From Cirrosporium novae-zelandiae (lineage: Eukaryota): 35,651 nt of DNA. The stretch spans positions 1 to 35,651 of the forward strand of contig JAPETS010000082.1 in assembly GCA_026023565.1 (NCBI GenBank), written 5' to 3'. Shown piece by piece: positions 21,701-32,219 of this stretch (position 1 is its first letter; each line of letters opens with the position of its first letter). Position numbers and translations under genes: made by a program. The notes under the pieces were generated by a model. The model ran no database searches and was not told the DNA's origin. It saw only the letters and a program-made list of their open reading frames with translations.

Positions 21701-24700
21701 GAATGTAATGTTATAATTGAAACACAGCTTTCCAAAGTATACGAGAAAATTGATCTTACTCTGCTTAATCGACTCCTGCGGCTGATCATGGACCATAATT
21801 TGGCCGATTACATAACCTCCAAGAACAATGTGCAGCTCAACTACAAGGATATGAATCACACGAACAGTTATGGGATGATTCGTGGCCTGCAATTTTCTGC
21901 CTTCGTATTCCAGTACTATGGGCTTGTCATTGACTTGTTGTTGCTCGGCTTGCAGCGTGCAAGCGAGATTGCTGGGCCGCCACAAAGTCCCAATGACTTT
22001 TTGCAGTTTCGCGACCGTGCAACGGAGACTCGTCACCCAATCAGATTGTATACTAGATATATTGATCGTATTTGGGTATTCTTCAGGTTTACCGCCGAGG
22101 AATCTCGGGATTTGATCCAGCGGTTCTTGACAGAACAGCCTGACCCAAATTTCGAAAATGTCATTGGTTACAAAAATAAGAAATGCTGGCCGCGAGACTC
22201 GAGAATGCGGCTGATGCGGCACGATGTTAATCTTGGACGTGCTGTCTTCTGGGATTTGAAGAATAGATTACCAAGGTCCATTACCACCATAGAATGGGAT
22301 GACACATTCGCCAGCGTTTACAGCAGAGATAATCCAAACTTGTTGTTCTCCATGTGCGGTTTTGAGGTCCGTATCTTGCCAAAAATCAGAAATCAGAACG
22401 ATGAATTCCCGGTCAAGGACAGTGTATGGTCTTTGGCTGACAACACAACCAAAGAACGCACCGCACACGCGTTCTTGCAGGTAACCGAGGAAGACATCCA
22501 GAAATTCAACAACAGGATTCGTCAAATTCTCATGTCTTCTGGGTCTACCACATTCACCAAGGTTGCTAACAAATGGAATACCAGCCTGATCGCCCTCTTT
22601 ACATATTACAGAGAGGCGGCTGTTTCCACCGTCAACTTGCTTGACACGATTGTGAAATGTGAGACCAAGATCCAGACCAGAGTCAAGATTGGCTTAAACT
22701 CTAAAATGCCTTCCCGGTTCCCTCCTGCTGTATTTTATACCCCGAAAGAACTCGGTGGTCTTGGCATGATCTCTGGATCTCATATTCTCATACCCACTAG
22801 TGATAAGCGATGGTCCAAGCAGACAGATACAGGCGTAACCCATTATCGTGCTGGTATGTCCCATGATGAAGAGACTTTGATTCCAAATATCTTTAGATAT
22901 ATCATTCCATGGGAAGCAGAGTTTATTGATTCACAGCGTGTGTGGACTGAATATTCACAAAAACGTCTAGAGGCAAACCAACAAAACCGTAGGTTGACAT
23001 TGGAAGATCTTGAAGACAGCTGGGATAGAGGGTTGCCTCGGATTAATACCCTTTTCCAGAAAGATAGAAGCACTCTTAGTTTTGACAAAGGGTTCCGCAC
23101 CAGAACCGAGTTCAAGACATATCAACTAATGAAAAGTAACCCATTCTGGTGGACAAGTCAAAGACATGATGGAAAGCTTTGGAACTTGAATGCTTATAGA
23201 ACTGACGTGATCCAAGCCCTTGGTGGTGTTGAGACCATTTTAGAGCATACTTTGTTTAAAGCAACTGCTTTCCCATCCTGGGAAGGTCTCTTCTGGGAAA
23301 AGGCCTCCGGCTTTGAAGAATCAATGAAGTTTAAAAAACTGACCAATGCACAGCGTTCTGGTCTTAACCAAATTCCTAACCGTCGATTTACTCTTTGGTG
23401 GTCTCCGACAATCAACCGAGCTAATGTCTACGTTGGTTTCCAAGTCCAACTTGATTTAACAGGTATATTCTTGCACGGAAAGATCCCGACATTGAAAATT
23501 TCCCTCATCCAAATCTTCCGAGCACATTTATGGCAGAAAATTCACGAATCCGTTGTAATGGATCTATGCCAGGTGTTTGATCAAGAGCTCGAAGCTTTGG
23601 GTATCGAAACAGTTCAGAAGGAGACAATTCATCCTCGAAAGTCCTACAAAATGAATAGTTCATGTGCTGATGTCCTCCTCTTCGCCAGCCACAAGTGGAA
23701 TGTTACAAGGCCTTCATTACTTTTCGACAATAAAGATGTCATCGAACCTACGACTACTAACAAGTTTTGGATTGACGTGCAGTTACGGTACGGTGATTAT
23801 GATTCGCATGATATTGAAAGATATGTTCGGGCCAAATATCTTGATTATACCACCGACAGCATGAGTATCTACCCCTCGGCAACCGGACTTATGATTGCTA
23901 TTGACTTAGCTTATAATTTGTACTCTGCTTACGGACAATATTTCCCTGGGCTCAAGGCTCTGATTCAACAGGCTATGGCAAAGGTCATGAAGGCCAATCC
24001 TGCCCTCTACGTCCTGAGGGAACGTATTCGGAAGGGTTTACAACTCTATGCCTCGGAGAGCAACCAAGAATTCCTCAACTCGCAAAATTACTCGGAGCTT
24101 TTTAGTAATCAAATCCAGCTGTTCATTGACGACACTAACGTCTATCGTGTCACAATTCACAAGACCTTCGAAGGCAATTTGACCACAAAGCCTATTAACG
24201 GTGCTATTTTCATCTTCAATCCTCGCACGGGACAACTCTTCCTTAAGATCATTCATACCAGTGTTTGGGCCGGTCAGAAACGTCTAGGTCAATTAGCAAA
24301 ATGGAAAACGGCGGAAGAAGTTGCCGCACTGATCCGTTCTCTGCCCGTCGAGGAGCAGCCGAAACAGCTTATTGTTACCCGCAAAGGCTTGCTTGATCCG
24401 CTTGAGGTTCATCTTCTTGATTTCCCCAATATTTCCATTCGGGCATCAGAACTACAACTTCCATTCCAGGCCGCCATGAAAGTCGAGAAACTTGGCGACA
24501 TGATTTTGCGGGCCACAGAACCCCAGATGGTACTCTTCAACCTTTATGATGATTGGTTGAAGAGCATTTCATCTTATACCGCATTCTCTCGACTGGTCTT
24601 GATTCTGCGAGCGCTCCATGTAAACCAAGACAAGACAAAACTGCTCCTTCGTCCTGATAAGACGGTCATCACGGAAGAACATCACATATGGCCTACGCTT

Positions 24701-25798
24701 TCAGACGAAGATTGGATCAAGGTTGAAGTCCAGCTTCGCGATTTGATTCTGAATGACTACGGGAAGAAGAATAATGTCAACGTATCAAGTTTGACAAGCA
24801 GTGAAGTCCGAGATATCATCCTGGGCATGGAAATTAGCGCTCCATCCATGCAACGACAACAAGCGGCAGAGATTGAAAAGCAACAACAAGAGCAGCAGCA
24901 ACTTACTGCTGTGACCACCAAGACCCAGAACGTCCACGGAGAGGAAATTATTGTAACCACAACCTCTCAATTTGAGCAACAGACATTTGCCTCCAAGACT
25001 GAGTGGCGCACGAGGGCCATCGCCACGTCAAATCTCCGTACTCGCGCTAACAATATCTACATATCATCTGATGATATCCAAGAGGATGACCATTACACGT
25101 ATATCATGCCGAAGAATGTTCTTAAACGATTTATCACGATTGCCGACTTGAGAGTCCAGGTTGCTGGTTATCTTTACGGCACCTCTCCTCCAGATAATGA
25201 TCAAATCAAAGAGGTACGAACCATTGTCATGATCCCTCAAGTTGGTAATACGCGAGATGTCCAGCTTCCTCATCAACTACCCCAACATGAGTATCTGAAT
25301 TCGATGGAACCTTTGGGTATTATTCATACGGTTGCTGGCAATGAGCCTCCATATATGCCTGCTATGGATGTAACGCAACATGCACGACTTATGAATGCTC
25401 ATCCTTCATGGGATAAAAAAACGGTGACAATGACTGTTTCATTTACACCAGGTTCGGTATCTCTTGCCGCTTGGTCGCTTACGCCAAAAGGATACAAATG
25501 GGGAGCGGAGAACCGTGACACCAGCTCTGATCAACCGCAAGGGTTTTCAATGGACATGGGAGAGAAATGTCAGCTCTTGCTGAGCGATAGAATCCGAGGA
25601 TACTTTTTGGTGCCGGAGAACAATCTTTGGAATTACAGTTTCTTAGGAAGCTCTTTTGGAAACATTGAGAAGAAAGCTATTTACGTCAAACTTGATACGC
25701 CGTTAGCATTCTACTGCGGTCAGCACAGACCATTGCATTTCCAAACATTTTCCGAGCTAGAGGATATCTGGGTGGATCGGCCGGATAATTTCGAGTGA
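18731..25798 (+). CDS. PRP8: Pre-mRNA splicing factor Prp8 (U5 snRNP), 2355 aa, single uninterrupted ORF
   Basis: Pro-rich N-terminus; [102 protein letters not shown]; RNaseH-like and Jab1/MPN C-terminal regions. Confidence 0.99.
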   Translation: MSSLPPPPPPGWAAGGPSGMSLPPPPPGYQPPADPQVAKFAQKKKEWLRTQRNRFSEKRKAGFVETRKSDMPPEMLRKIVKDIGDVSQKKFSSDKRSYLGALKFMPHAVLKLLENMPMPWESAREVKVLYHVNGCLTLVNEIPRVIEPVFHAQWATMWVCMRREKSDRRHFKRMRFPPFDDEEPPLSWSENIEDVEPLEPIQMELDESEDGPVYEWLYDHRPLLDTPHVNGPSYKTWNLSLPQMATLYRLSHQLLSDLVDHNYFHMFDLDSFLTAKALNVAIPGGPRFEPLYKDIDPNDEDFGEFNAIDRIIFRAPIRTEYRVAYPFLYNSLPRSVKIPWHSYPQAVYVRAEDPNLPAFYFDPVINPISSRSVAPKNIITSHEDEIFGPENNEDEEFELPASVEPFMADEELYTSETSSAIALWWAPFPFDRRSGRMVRAQDVPLVKQWYLEHCPQGNPVKVRVSYQKLLKTYVLNELHKKKPKAHNKQDLLQSLKSTKFFQQTTIDWVEAGLQVCRQGFNMLNLLIHRKNLTYLHLDYNFNLKPVKTLTTKERKKSRFGNAFHLMREILRLTKLIVDAQVQYRLGNIDAFQLADGILYAFDHVGQLTGMYRYKYKLMHQIRSCKDLKHLIYYRFNSGPVGKGPGCGFWAPAWRVWLFFMRGIIPLLERWLGNLLSRQFEGRHSKGVAKTVTKQRVESHFDLELRASVMADLMDMMPEGIKQSKVNTVLQHLSEAWRCWKSNIPWKVPGLPAPIENIILRYVKSKADWWISVAHYNRERIRRGATVDKTVAKKNLGRLTRLWLKAEQERQHNYMKDGPYVSSEEAVAIYTTTVHWLESRKFSPIPFPSVSYKHDTKILILALERLREAYSVKGRLNQSQREELALIEQAYDSPATTLARIKRFLLTQRAFKEVGIDMNDNYSTINPVYDIEPVEKITDAYLDQYLWYQADTRHLFPAWIKPSDSEVPPLLTYKWAQGINNLSNVWETSEGECNVIIETQLSKVYEKIDLTLLNRLLRLIMDHNLADYITSKNNVQLNYKDMNHTNSYGMIRGLQFSAFVFQYYGLVIDLLLLGLQRASEIAGPPQSPNDFLQFRDRATETRHPIRLYTRYIDRIWVFFRFTAEESRDLIQRFLTEQPDPNFENVIGYKNKKCWPRDSRMRLMRHDVNLGRAVFWDLKNRLPRSITTIEWDDTFASVYSRDNPNLLFSMCGFEVRILPKIRNQNDEFPVKDSVWSLADNTTKERTAHAFLQVTEEDIQKFNNRIRQILMSSGSTTFTKVANKWNTSLIALFTYYREAAVSTVNLLDTIVKCETKIQTRVKIGLNSKMPSRFPPAVFYTPKELGGLGMISGSHILIPTSDKRWSKQTDTGVTHYRAGMSHDEETLIPNIFRYIIPWEAEFIDSQRVWTEYSQKRLEANQQNRRLTLEDLEDSWDRGLPRINTLFQKDRSTLSFDKGFRTRTEFKTYQLMKSNPFWWTSQRHDGKLWNLNAYRTDVIQALGGVETILEHTLFKATAFPSWEGLFWEKASGFEESMKFKKLTNAQRSGLNQIPNRRFTLWWSPTINRANVYVGFQVQLDLTGIFLHGKIPTLKISLIQIFRAHLWQKIHESVVMDLCQVFDQELEALGIETVQKETIHPRKSYKMNSSCADVLLFASHKWNVTRPSLLFDNKDVIEPTTTNKFWIDVQLRYGDYDSHDIERYVRAKYLDYTTDSMSIYPSATGLMIAIDLAYNLYSAYGQYFPGLKALIQQAMAKVMKANPALYVLRERIRKGLQLYASESNQEFLNSQNYSELFSNQIQLFIDDTNVYRVTIHKTFEGNLTTKPINGAIFIFNPRTGQLFLKIIHTSVWAGQKRLGQLAKWKTAEEVAALIRSLPVEEQPKQLIVTRKGLLDPLEVHLLDFPNISIRASELQLPFQAAMKVEKLGDMILRATEPQMVLFNLYDDWLKSISSYTAFSRLVLILRALHVNQDKTKLLLRPDKTVITEEHHIWPTLSDEDWIKVEVQLRDLILNDYGKKNNVNVSSLTSSEVRDIILGMEISAPSMQRQQAAEIEKQQQEQQQLTAVTTKTQNVHGEEIIVTTTSQFEQQTFASKTEWRTRAIATSNLRTRANNIYISSDDIQEDDHYTYIMPKNVLKRFITIADLRVQVAGYLYGTSPPDNDQIKEVRTIVMIPQVGNTRDVQLPHQLPQHEYLNSMEPLGIIHTVAGNEPPYMPAMDVTQHARLMNAHPSWDKKTVTMTVSFTPGSVSLAAWSLTPKGYKWGAENRDTSSDQPQGFSMDMGEKCQLLLSDRIRGYFLVPENNLWNYSFLGSSFGNIEKKAIYVKLDTPLAFYCGQHRPLHFQTFSELEDIWVDRPDNFE

Positions 25799-28088
25799 TT
25801 GGAGCTTTTGCCGCATAAGAGGGTGGATTGGAGCTTGGCTGCTTTTTTGTTTTTGTTTTGTTTTACATAGGGGCGTTGTCCGGTGAGGGTTGCTATTTCT
25901 GTAGTCCTAAAAACATCGGACGTTGTATCAAAATAGTTAATGAGCCGTGGTGGCCATGGGATTGATAGGATAGGAGATTTTTAAAATAAGATGGTGGCTC
26001 GGCCAGATAGCGGGACCAACTTAGACGAATTTAGCATAGTGATCCAATTGTAGATGACAGATTTCATGTAGATCGAAAAATGAACATGGCCCTTCAAATA
26101 AATGGAAACTGGTTGTGGGGATGGGCAATGGGCTCTTCTTGACGCTCTTCGCGCCTGTTTGTTGATGTTTGGTTGGGTGTTTGGTTACCTAACACGCCTA
26201 AAGTAAGGCCGGTGGCTGCCAAGAGGTGTGTCAGACGGGAGTCGGTACCTTATCCTGACTTCGCATCCATCCATTATTAAGTGGCCTTTGTCATTGGAAC
26301 CGTGAGTCTCCAGCTTGGGCAATTACAAATTATATCTCAAGAGTTGATGAGGGTATCTTCAATTCTTTTCAAGTAAACAGATTTGACAGGAAAAAAAAAA
26401 AAAAAACAAGGTAAGCAGAAAGATGAAAATCCACCATAATTGACTGGATTCGCCTATGTCTCCATCCCATTGCTCCAGCGTGTGGGTTATATTCGCGTAT
26501 CTGATATTAGCCAGGGATTGCTCGCACGTATCACCATGGGCTACCAACAAGACCTCAAACGTTAGCGGTCTGCCCAAGTGTCCCCAGTGCCTCCCAGTCC
26601 CCCCCAACTTTAGACTACCAATGCTATCCAAGGTTCGGCGACTGCAGCCCCGTTTTCCCAAAGGATCCCTAAAAGACCGACGTGCTAGGCATGCTTGCCA
26701 TCCTTGAACGCTTTTTTGTCGTCCTTAGCAGTCCGAAAAGTGCCTTTGCTACATGGGTTCTGATGTGTTCTAATGGGGCAACAGAGCCATTCAGTTGCAG
26801 ATGAGTGCAGATGGGATCGGAAAATATCATGTCTGGGCTATTTCGACCATGTAGCCTACTAAAAGACTCGGCTTCAAATACCCTTCTGGCCTCGCTGGTG
26901 ATGATTCTCAGGCCTTGCTCCCTGTCCCCTCGGTCTCACACGATAATGTTCCCTCGTCTCTTTCGTCCTCAGTATTCCTTCGGAATTATTAATCGTATTT
27001 TGCAGAGGCACCGATGTTTTTTTTTACTTACTTCTCGGTCTTGTTATTGAAAGTTATGCCAATAATCCTTGTTGTCTCTGAAACTCGACCCTTACCCCCC
27101 CATCGGGCACGTCCACCAATCTGACGCCGCGAAAAGACTTTTCACTGGATTTTACCACTTCGGAACTTGGTTCTCTAACGTATTTCACCTATCTAAACCA
27201 GCCAGGACCAGCAAGTGAGCCAGACCAGGGCGAAAAAAAAAAAAAAGAATAGACCAATTCATTGGGACTCCTTCAATAACCCTCCAGCAATTCTCTACCT
27301 GCTGCATCGGATACCGTGTATGGTTCACTTCTGGTCACTAGGTGAAATCGTGCGTACCATCATTACCTCTTTTTATTCCATACCCTCACCATCCAGTTCT
27401 TCCCCCCCCCCCCGACCCTTTCCTCTCCAGCCTTCTGTTTTCTAGAACTATCAATCACCTGCCACCGAATTCCTTGGGGCTTGGACCTCTACTTTTCCCG
27501 GAGATGGCAGGAAGGAGCCACAATCGCCCCCTTCAATTTCTATTACCCCGTCAAATGGTCGCAGCTACCTTGCCACGGCCCATCGGACCCCTTCTCTGCC
27601 ACGTTCAGATGCAGCTCTGTCTATGCTGGTCCATGGAATGAAGCAAGAGTAACAGTGCTGCCATTGCTTTGCATTGGCTAGGTCAGCAAAGGGCTTCACG
27701 TCTATTATATTGAATCAAGAACAAAATCCTCAAACGCCGTAGTCATATTAGAGCGGGTCGATCATCGACACCATATCAATCTAGGTCTTCATCGTGTGAT
27801 TATGGTGTACCCGAACCCTCTACAGCTTTAAATGCCGGAAAGATCCCTCGATACCAGAACAGGACTGGCATTCCCCGCTTCTTAAAGCCGCCGATATAGA
27901 TCAGACCCTATTCGACGCCTTCAAGCCGATCCCCTTCGAAGCATAGTTCAATCTGACGTACGCTGAAAATAATCTCTTTTGCGCTTTCATCCGAGGCCAT
28001 CGTCAAACGCTCACGACACAAATCTTCCCTCAAGATTTTGGCTGCTCAAGAAGCTTTTTTTTTTCAATCAGGCGCGACATTCCCACAA

Positions 28089-28130
28089 ATCGGTGCTGTG
28101 CAAGAGCTACACAGCTCTCACGGCACCGAT
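28089..28130 (+). other. Inverted repeat / stable RNA hairpin (18 bp, 2-nt bulge, 4-nt loop)
   Basis: ATCGGTGCTGTG-ca-AGAGCT-acac-AGCTCT-CACGGCACCGAT; all pairs Watson-Crick except one G-U. Confidence 0.8.
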
Positions 28131-28138
28131 GTTAAAAC

Positions 28139-29214
28139 GTGACGCTGGCGGATCCATACCGAACTTACAGCATAGATTATGCCTCCCAAGAACTATCGAA
28201 AGAAGAGCAGCAACAGGCGCAACAGGCGTATCAACCGCAACCTCAGTCCCTCCTTCAGCATGGACCTTCGCATGGGCTTCCTTATGAGTCTGCTGGCTCA
28301 CATCGACAAAGTTATCAGCCGACCGAATCCTACAGGCAGATTTCAAGCCAGCAGATTCTACCGGATGTGCGCCAGCAGTCATTTATCCCCCAGCATGCAC
28401 TCCATCAGCCGCAGATGCCGCAACTTGGACAGCCACAGATCCCTGTTGGTTATCAAACTCAGTCGTCCAGAAAGCGGCGTCGACATGAAGAAGGCGACCC
28501 TCCTTCACTCGATTATGGGTTCCTTCAAGGGCAGGCGCAGGAGGGACAAATGCATCAAAGAATACTGCAATCACCACATACCCATACATCTCAACCACCG
28601 ATTTCTCAGTCGGGCTTCCAACTCCCCCAGCTTTCACAACACCATCACCACCTGCCTTCGCAAATCACCCAAGCAAAAATCAGACGAACAGGAACCGGGG
28701 ATGTCTATTCCCCAGGCGCAATGACCACCGGTCCCGCCAGCGTAGTTGGCCAGCCTGGCATGCCTGAACCAGCTCCGCAGCCTCGAGGTCCTAAATTGAA
28801 GTTCACTCCTGAAGATGATCAAAAGCTTGTTGATTTAAAAGAAAATAAGAATCTGACATGGAAGCAAATTGCAGATTTCTTCCCAGGAAGAAGCAGTGGA
28901 ACTTTGCAGGTTCGATACTGTACCAAACTCAAAGCAAAGGCTACAGTTTGGACAGATGACAGTGTGAGTCCCCTTATATATACAATGTTCTTGGAATATC
29001 CCTTTGGAAGATGGAGCATCCATATCAACATGTCAGAGACTCGAACCCATAACTAACAAAGACACGCCAGATACGACGACTACGAAAGGCACTTCGAGAT
29101 TACGAGCATGATCGCTGGCGAATCGTGTCCAGCAAGGTTGGCAGTGGCTTTACGCCGGCAGCATGTAAAGAAAAGGCAGAAGAGCTCCCACCAGAGCCAG
29201 CTGAGGAAGAGTGA
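28139..29214 (+). CDS. Myb/SANT-like DNA-binding protein with Q/H-rich N-terminus; exons (start uncertain)-28963 and 29071-29214
   Basis: GPKLKFTPEDDQKLVDLKENKNLTWKQIADFFPGRSSGTLQVRYCTKLKAK, then intron GTGAGT...ACTAAC...CAG (28964-29070), then IRRLRKALRDYEHDRWRIVSSKVGSGFTPAACKEKAEEL. The first in-frame ATG is at 28415. Confidence 0.85.
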
Positions 29215-30759
29215 TAGTTTATAGGATATCCCATTATTGATGGTGAAATCCGACATCTTGAAATGCCACCAGGCTCTTTTGACTTTTTGGGTTGGCTTAT
29301 GATCTTGATAGGATCTTTTTTTTAAGTGATTAATCTGTTTTATCCTATACCCACATTCGTTTTATGATTTTCTTTCAATTTTGATGATTGATTCAGGAGC
29401 AACACAGCATTGCTTCAGGACCATGGGACAGGACATGGCTTAGTGGTGCAGAAAAAAAACTAGAACGCATTTTCGGGAGGTTCACATATCGTCTTCGGGA
29501 AAAGGGAGTAGGAACGCGCTGCAGTATGATGGTTGGATGATACCCCCCTAGCGCGCAGAGCTTTCTCTTCGGGAGTACTGGTTTGAGAGGGCTGACTACA
29601 TTGCCCAAATTGTTGAGTGCAAAACATGTTAAGGCGGAAAGTTGCTGATAGAGACCTCATTATTTCATTTTTTTTCTATCCGGGAAGCTGGTCTCCCCAG
29701 GGTTCAGAGGATACGGAATATATAAGAGGTTGGTTGGACAGCAAGGCAAGATCTCGATGAGGTGATATAGAATATATGGCATATATTGTATGATGTACTT
29801 GATGGCAGAATATGCATTAAGCCATGACTACGAAGCTGTTGTTGGTCGCACAGGATTCTCCCTCGTGGTTGGCGGCTAAAGTGACATTTGGTGACACCGG
29901 AGTGCCATTAAGTTCTCATGGCAGGTTTGGCACCTAGTAACTAGCAACATACATGACTTGAGGATCGAATTGTCGGAACCAACACGTGTGGTGATATGAT
30001 ATAACCTCGGATAAGATAAATAATAGAATCGATGGTATGTAGTTGGGCCGTCCACCCGTGCTTGGTGGCACTTGTACTACATAGCGCCAAGGCATACTAA
30101 GGTAACGACTAGAGATAGATGCAAGAGATGCAAGAGATGGATGGGATACGGGATACAAAAAAGATGCATAGAGATGCAGGGGATCACGTGGGTAGTGGTG
30201 GGTGATGGACGAGGTTTGCCGGTCTGGGTCTGGGTCTGGGGGGGGGGGTCAACCAACTACCAGGCAGCTTATCGGGCCTTAGCTGCCATAGTGCCCGAGG
30301 TTTGGCCATTAGCCCCAAAGCTTTATCCGTCCTCCGTTGTCCGTCCTTCAGGCTCAGGCTCAAGCTTCAAACGCCCCCTGCTAGATCTGCACAACCTGGC
30401 ACGACTCGGTATAGGGTCCAAGGTCCTAAGGTCTGAGGTCTGTTGTCCATCTATCTCATCGTCCTGAAGAAAAGTCATTGCCACTATTTCCTATTCCTTC
30501 TTTACAGTTCCCCTCCTCTCGAATACCTTCCTCTACATCACTCCAACCAATCGTCCAAGAGCTGGAGGACTTGTTTGCAGAAACAACCTCTCAGCCTTGT
30601 GACGCGCGTCTGAAAGTCATCCGTCGTACTGGAGCCTGTTTGTTTCAAAGCTGTCCCTTTCGATGCAGCCGCCGTGTCAACCATATTTCCCGCTTTTGAC
30701 CATCCTAGGCCTTTCAAAAGACCTTTGTGCCGTTCCCGAAATCTAGACTAGCCATCAAG

Positions 30760-32213
30760 ATGGTTGATATGAATGTTTTTCGCGTCTTGGGAGACGTTTC
30801 CCATACCGCTTCCAAATGCATCCTGATATGGGCAATACACTCGAATAAGAGCGCTGAGGGTATGCTGGTCTCGCTTTTCGTTGCCATTTCTAGCTGCAAA
30901 TAGGAGCGAGGGATAGTAGGATGAAGCTGTGATCTTGGCTTATTTCTTTCAATACCATGCGTGAGCATATCGCAAGTGAGAGAACCCAACCATAAGCAAC
31001 CATTTAGTTCAAGGGCAAGATAATTGTGAAAGTGCTTCCGAAGGATGGATTTTCCAGCTAGAAGAACATGGCTGCTGTGGTCTGGTTCTCACAAATCACT
31101 TTCATGAGATTATCCCAAGATTACCACAGCTCTCACTCTATTTACTCTCTTTCCTCTGCTAGACTAATAGCTAATTATTCAATAGGCGTCTCTCTCCTTA
31201 CACAACTCCTCTATGTCCTCGTTTTCTGTACCCGCTACCTCGATCTATTCTGGGTGCCGCCCAGTATCTCCTATTGGAACTTTGTCCTCAAAAACTTTTA
31301 CATCCTCTCTTCAATCTACATAATAATTTTAATGACCCGCGTGTATGCCCGAACTCGAGAAAGAGAAAGAGCTTGGAAACTTGGGGCTTACTGTCTTGGG
31401 GGGTCAGTGATTGGAGCTCCGTTGGTCACTTTGATTTTCAGAGGGCCCAGGGGAACAAGTTTCATTGAGGTGTGTATCCGATAACCACCATCCAATCTCA
31501 CATTCGTGTTTATCTCTCTTGCTTATCATATCCGCGCACAGATACTATGGACCTTTAGCATAATACTTGAATCCACTTGCATTCTCCCACAACTCCTGCT
31601 CCTCCGCCAGACCACCGTTCCCACCGTCATAACCTCCTTTTACCTCTTAACCCTCGGTTCCTACCGATTCTTCTATATCCTCAACTGGATCATACGTCTT
31701 GCTGGCCTATCCCATCATTTCGACCCTGTCGCTGTCATCTTTGGTACTCTACAAACATTGTTATATCTTGACTTCGCATGGGTGTACTGGACACGACAAC
31801 GGGTCAAGCTTAGGGGTGGCGGTGTTGTCGACAGTGATGATATCAGACGGGGGTGGCTAATCGGCAAGGTTCTCGGCGGCCGTCTAGGCCGCGGAGCAAG
31901 CCTAGATGAAGAACGACCTGAGAATGGTCATACCCAAGGACGATGGGGCGCTCGAGGGATTTCTGTATCTGCTGATGAGGGGGTGTTGGAGAGACATGAT
32001 GAGATCCCCCAGAAAACGCGAACCAGGAACGGTCCACATTTGGACGCGGAAGGCGGCAACCGGGATGAGCTAAGAGGGATTTTGGAAGACGATGAGGATG
32101 AAAGTGATGCAGAGGAGTTGCCTTCGCCGAGCCACTTTGCAAAGGCCACAGCACCGAATGGAATCGGAGCTGGAGAGGAATGGAGAGATGGTAACGAGGC
32201 CAGGCAAAGCTAG
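30760..32213 (+). CDS. ERD2: ERD2-family ER lumen protein-retaining (HDEL/KDEL) receptor-like protein with acidic C-terminal extension, 351 aa; exons 30760-30859, 31186-31469, 31542-32213
   Basis: MNVFRVLGDVSH...KSAEGVSLLTQLLYVLVFCTRYLDLF, EILWTFSIILES..ILPQL, LGSYRFFYILNWI, QTLLYLDF. The first exon is missing from the ORF track and was found by reading. May be the ERD2-like paralogue rather than the canonical receptor. Confidence 0.88.
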
Positions 32214-32219
32214 ATGACC

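Noticed and set aside
19266..25276. Many antisense and alternate-frame ORFs inside PRP8 (also inside ENT3, the kinase and PHO8)
   Set aside because: Shadows of codon bias in conserved genes, with no recognisable domains.
26359..27681. Short ORFs between PRP8 and the Myb gene
   Set aside because: No domain or coherent exon chain; more likely promoter or leader sequence.
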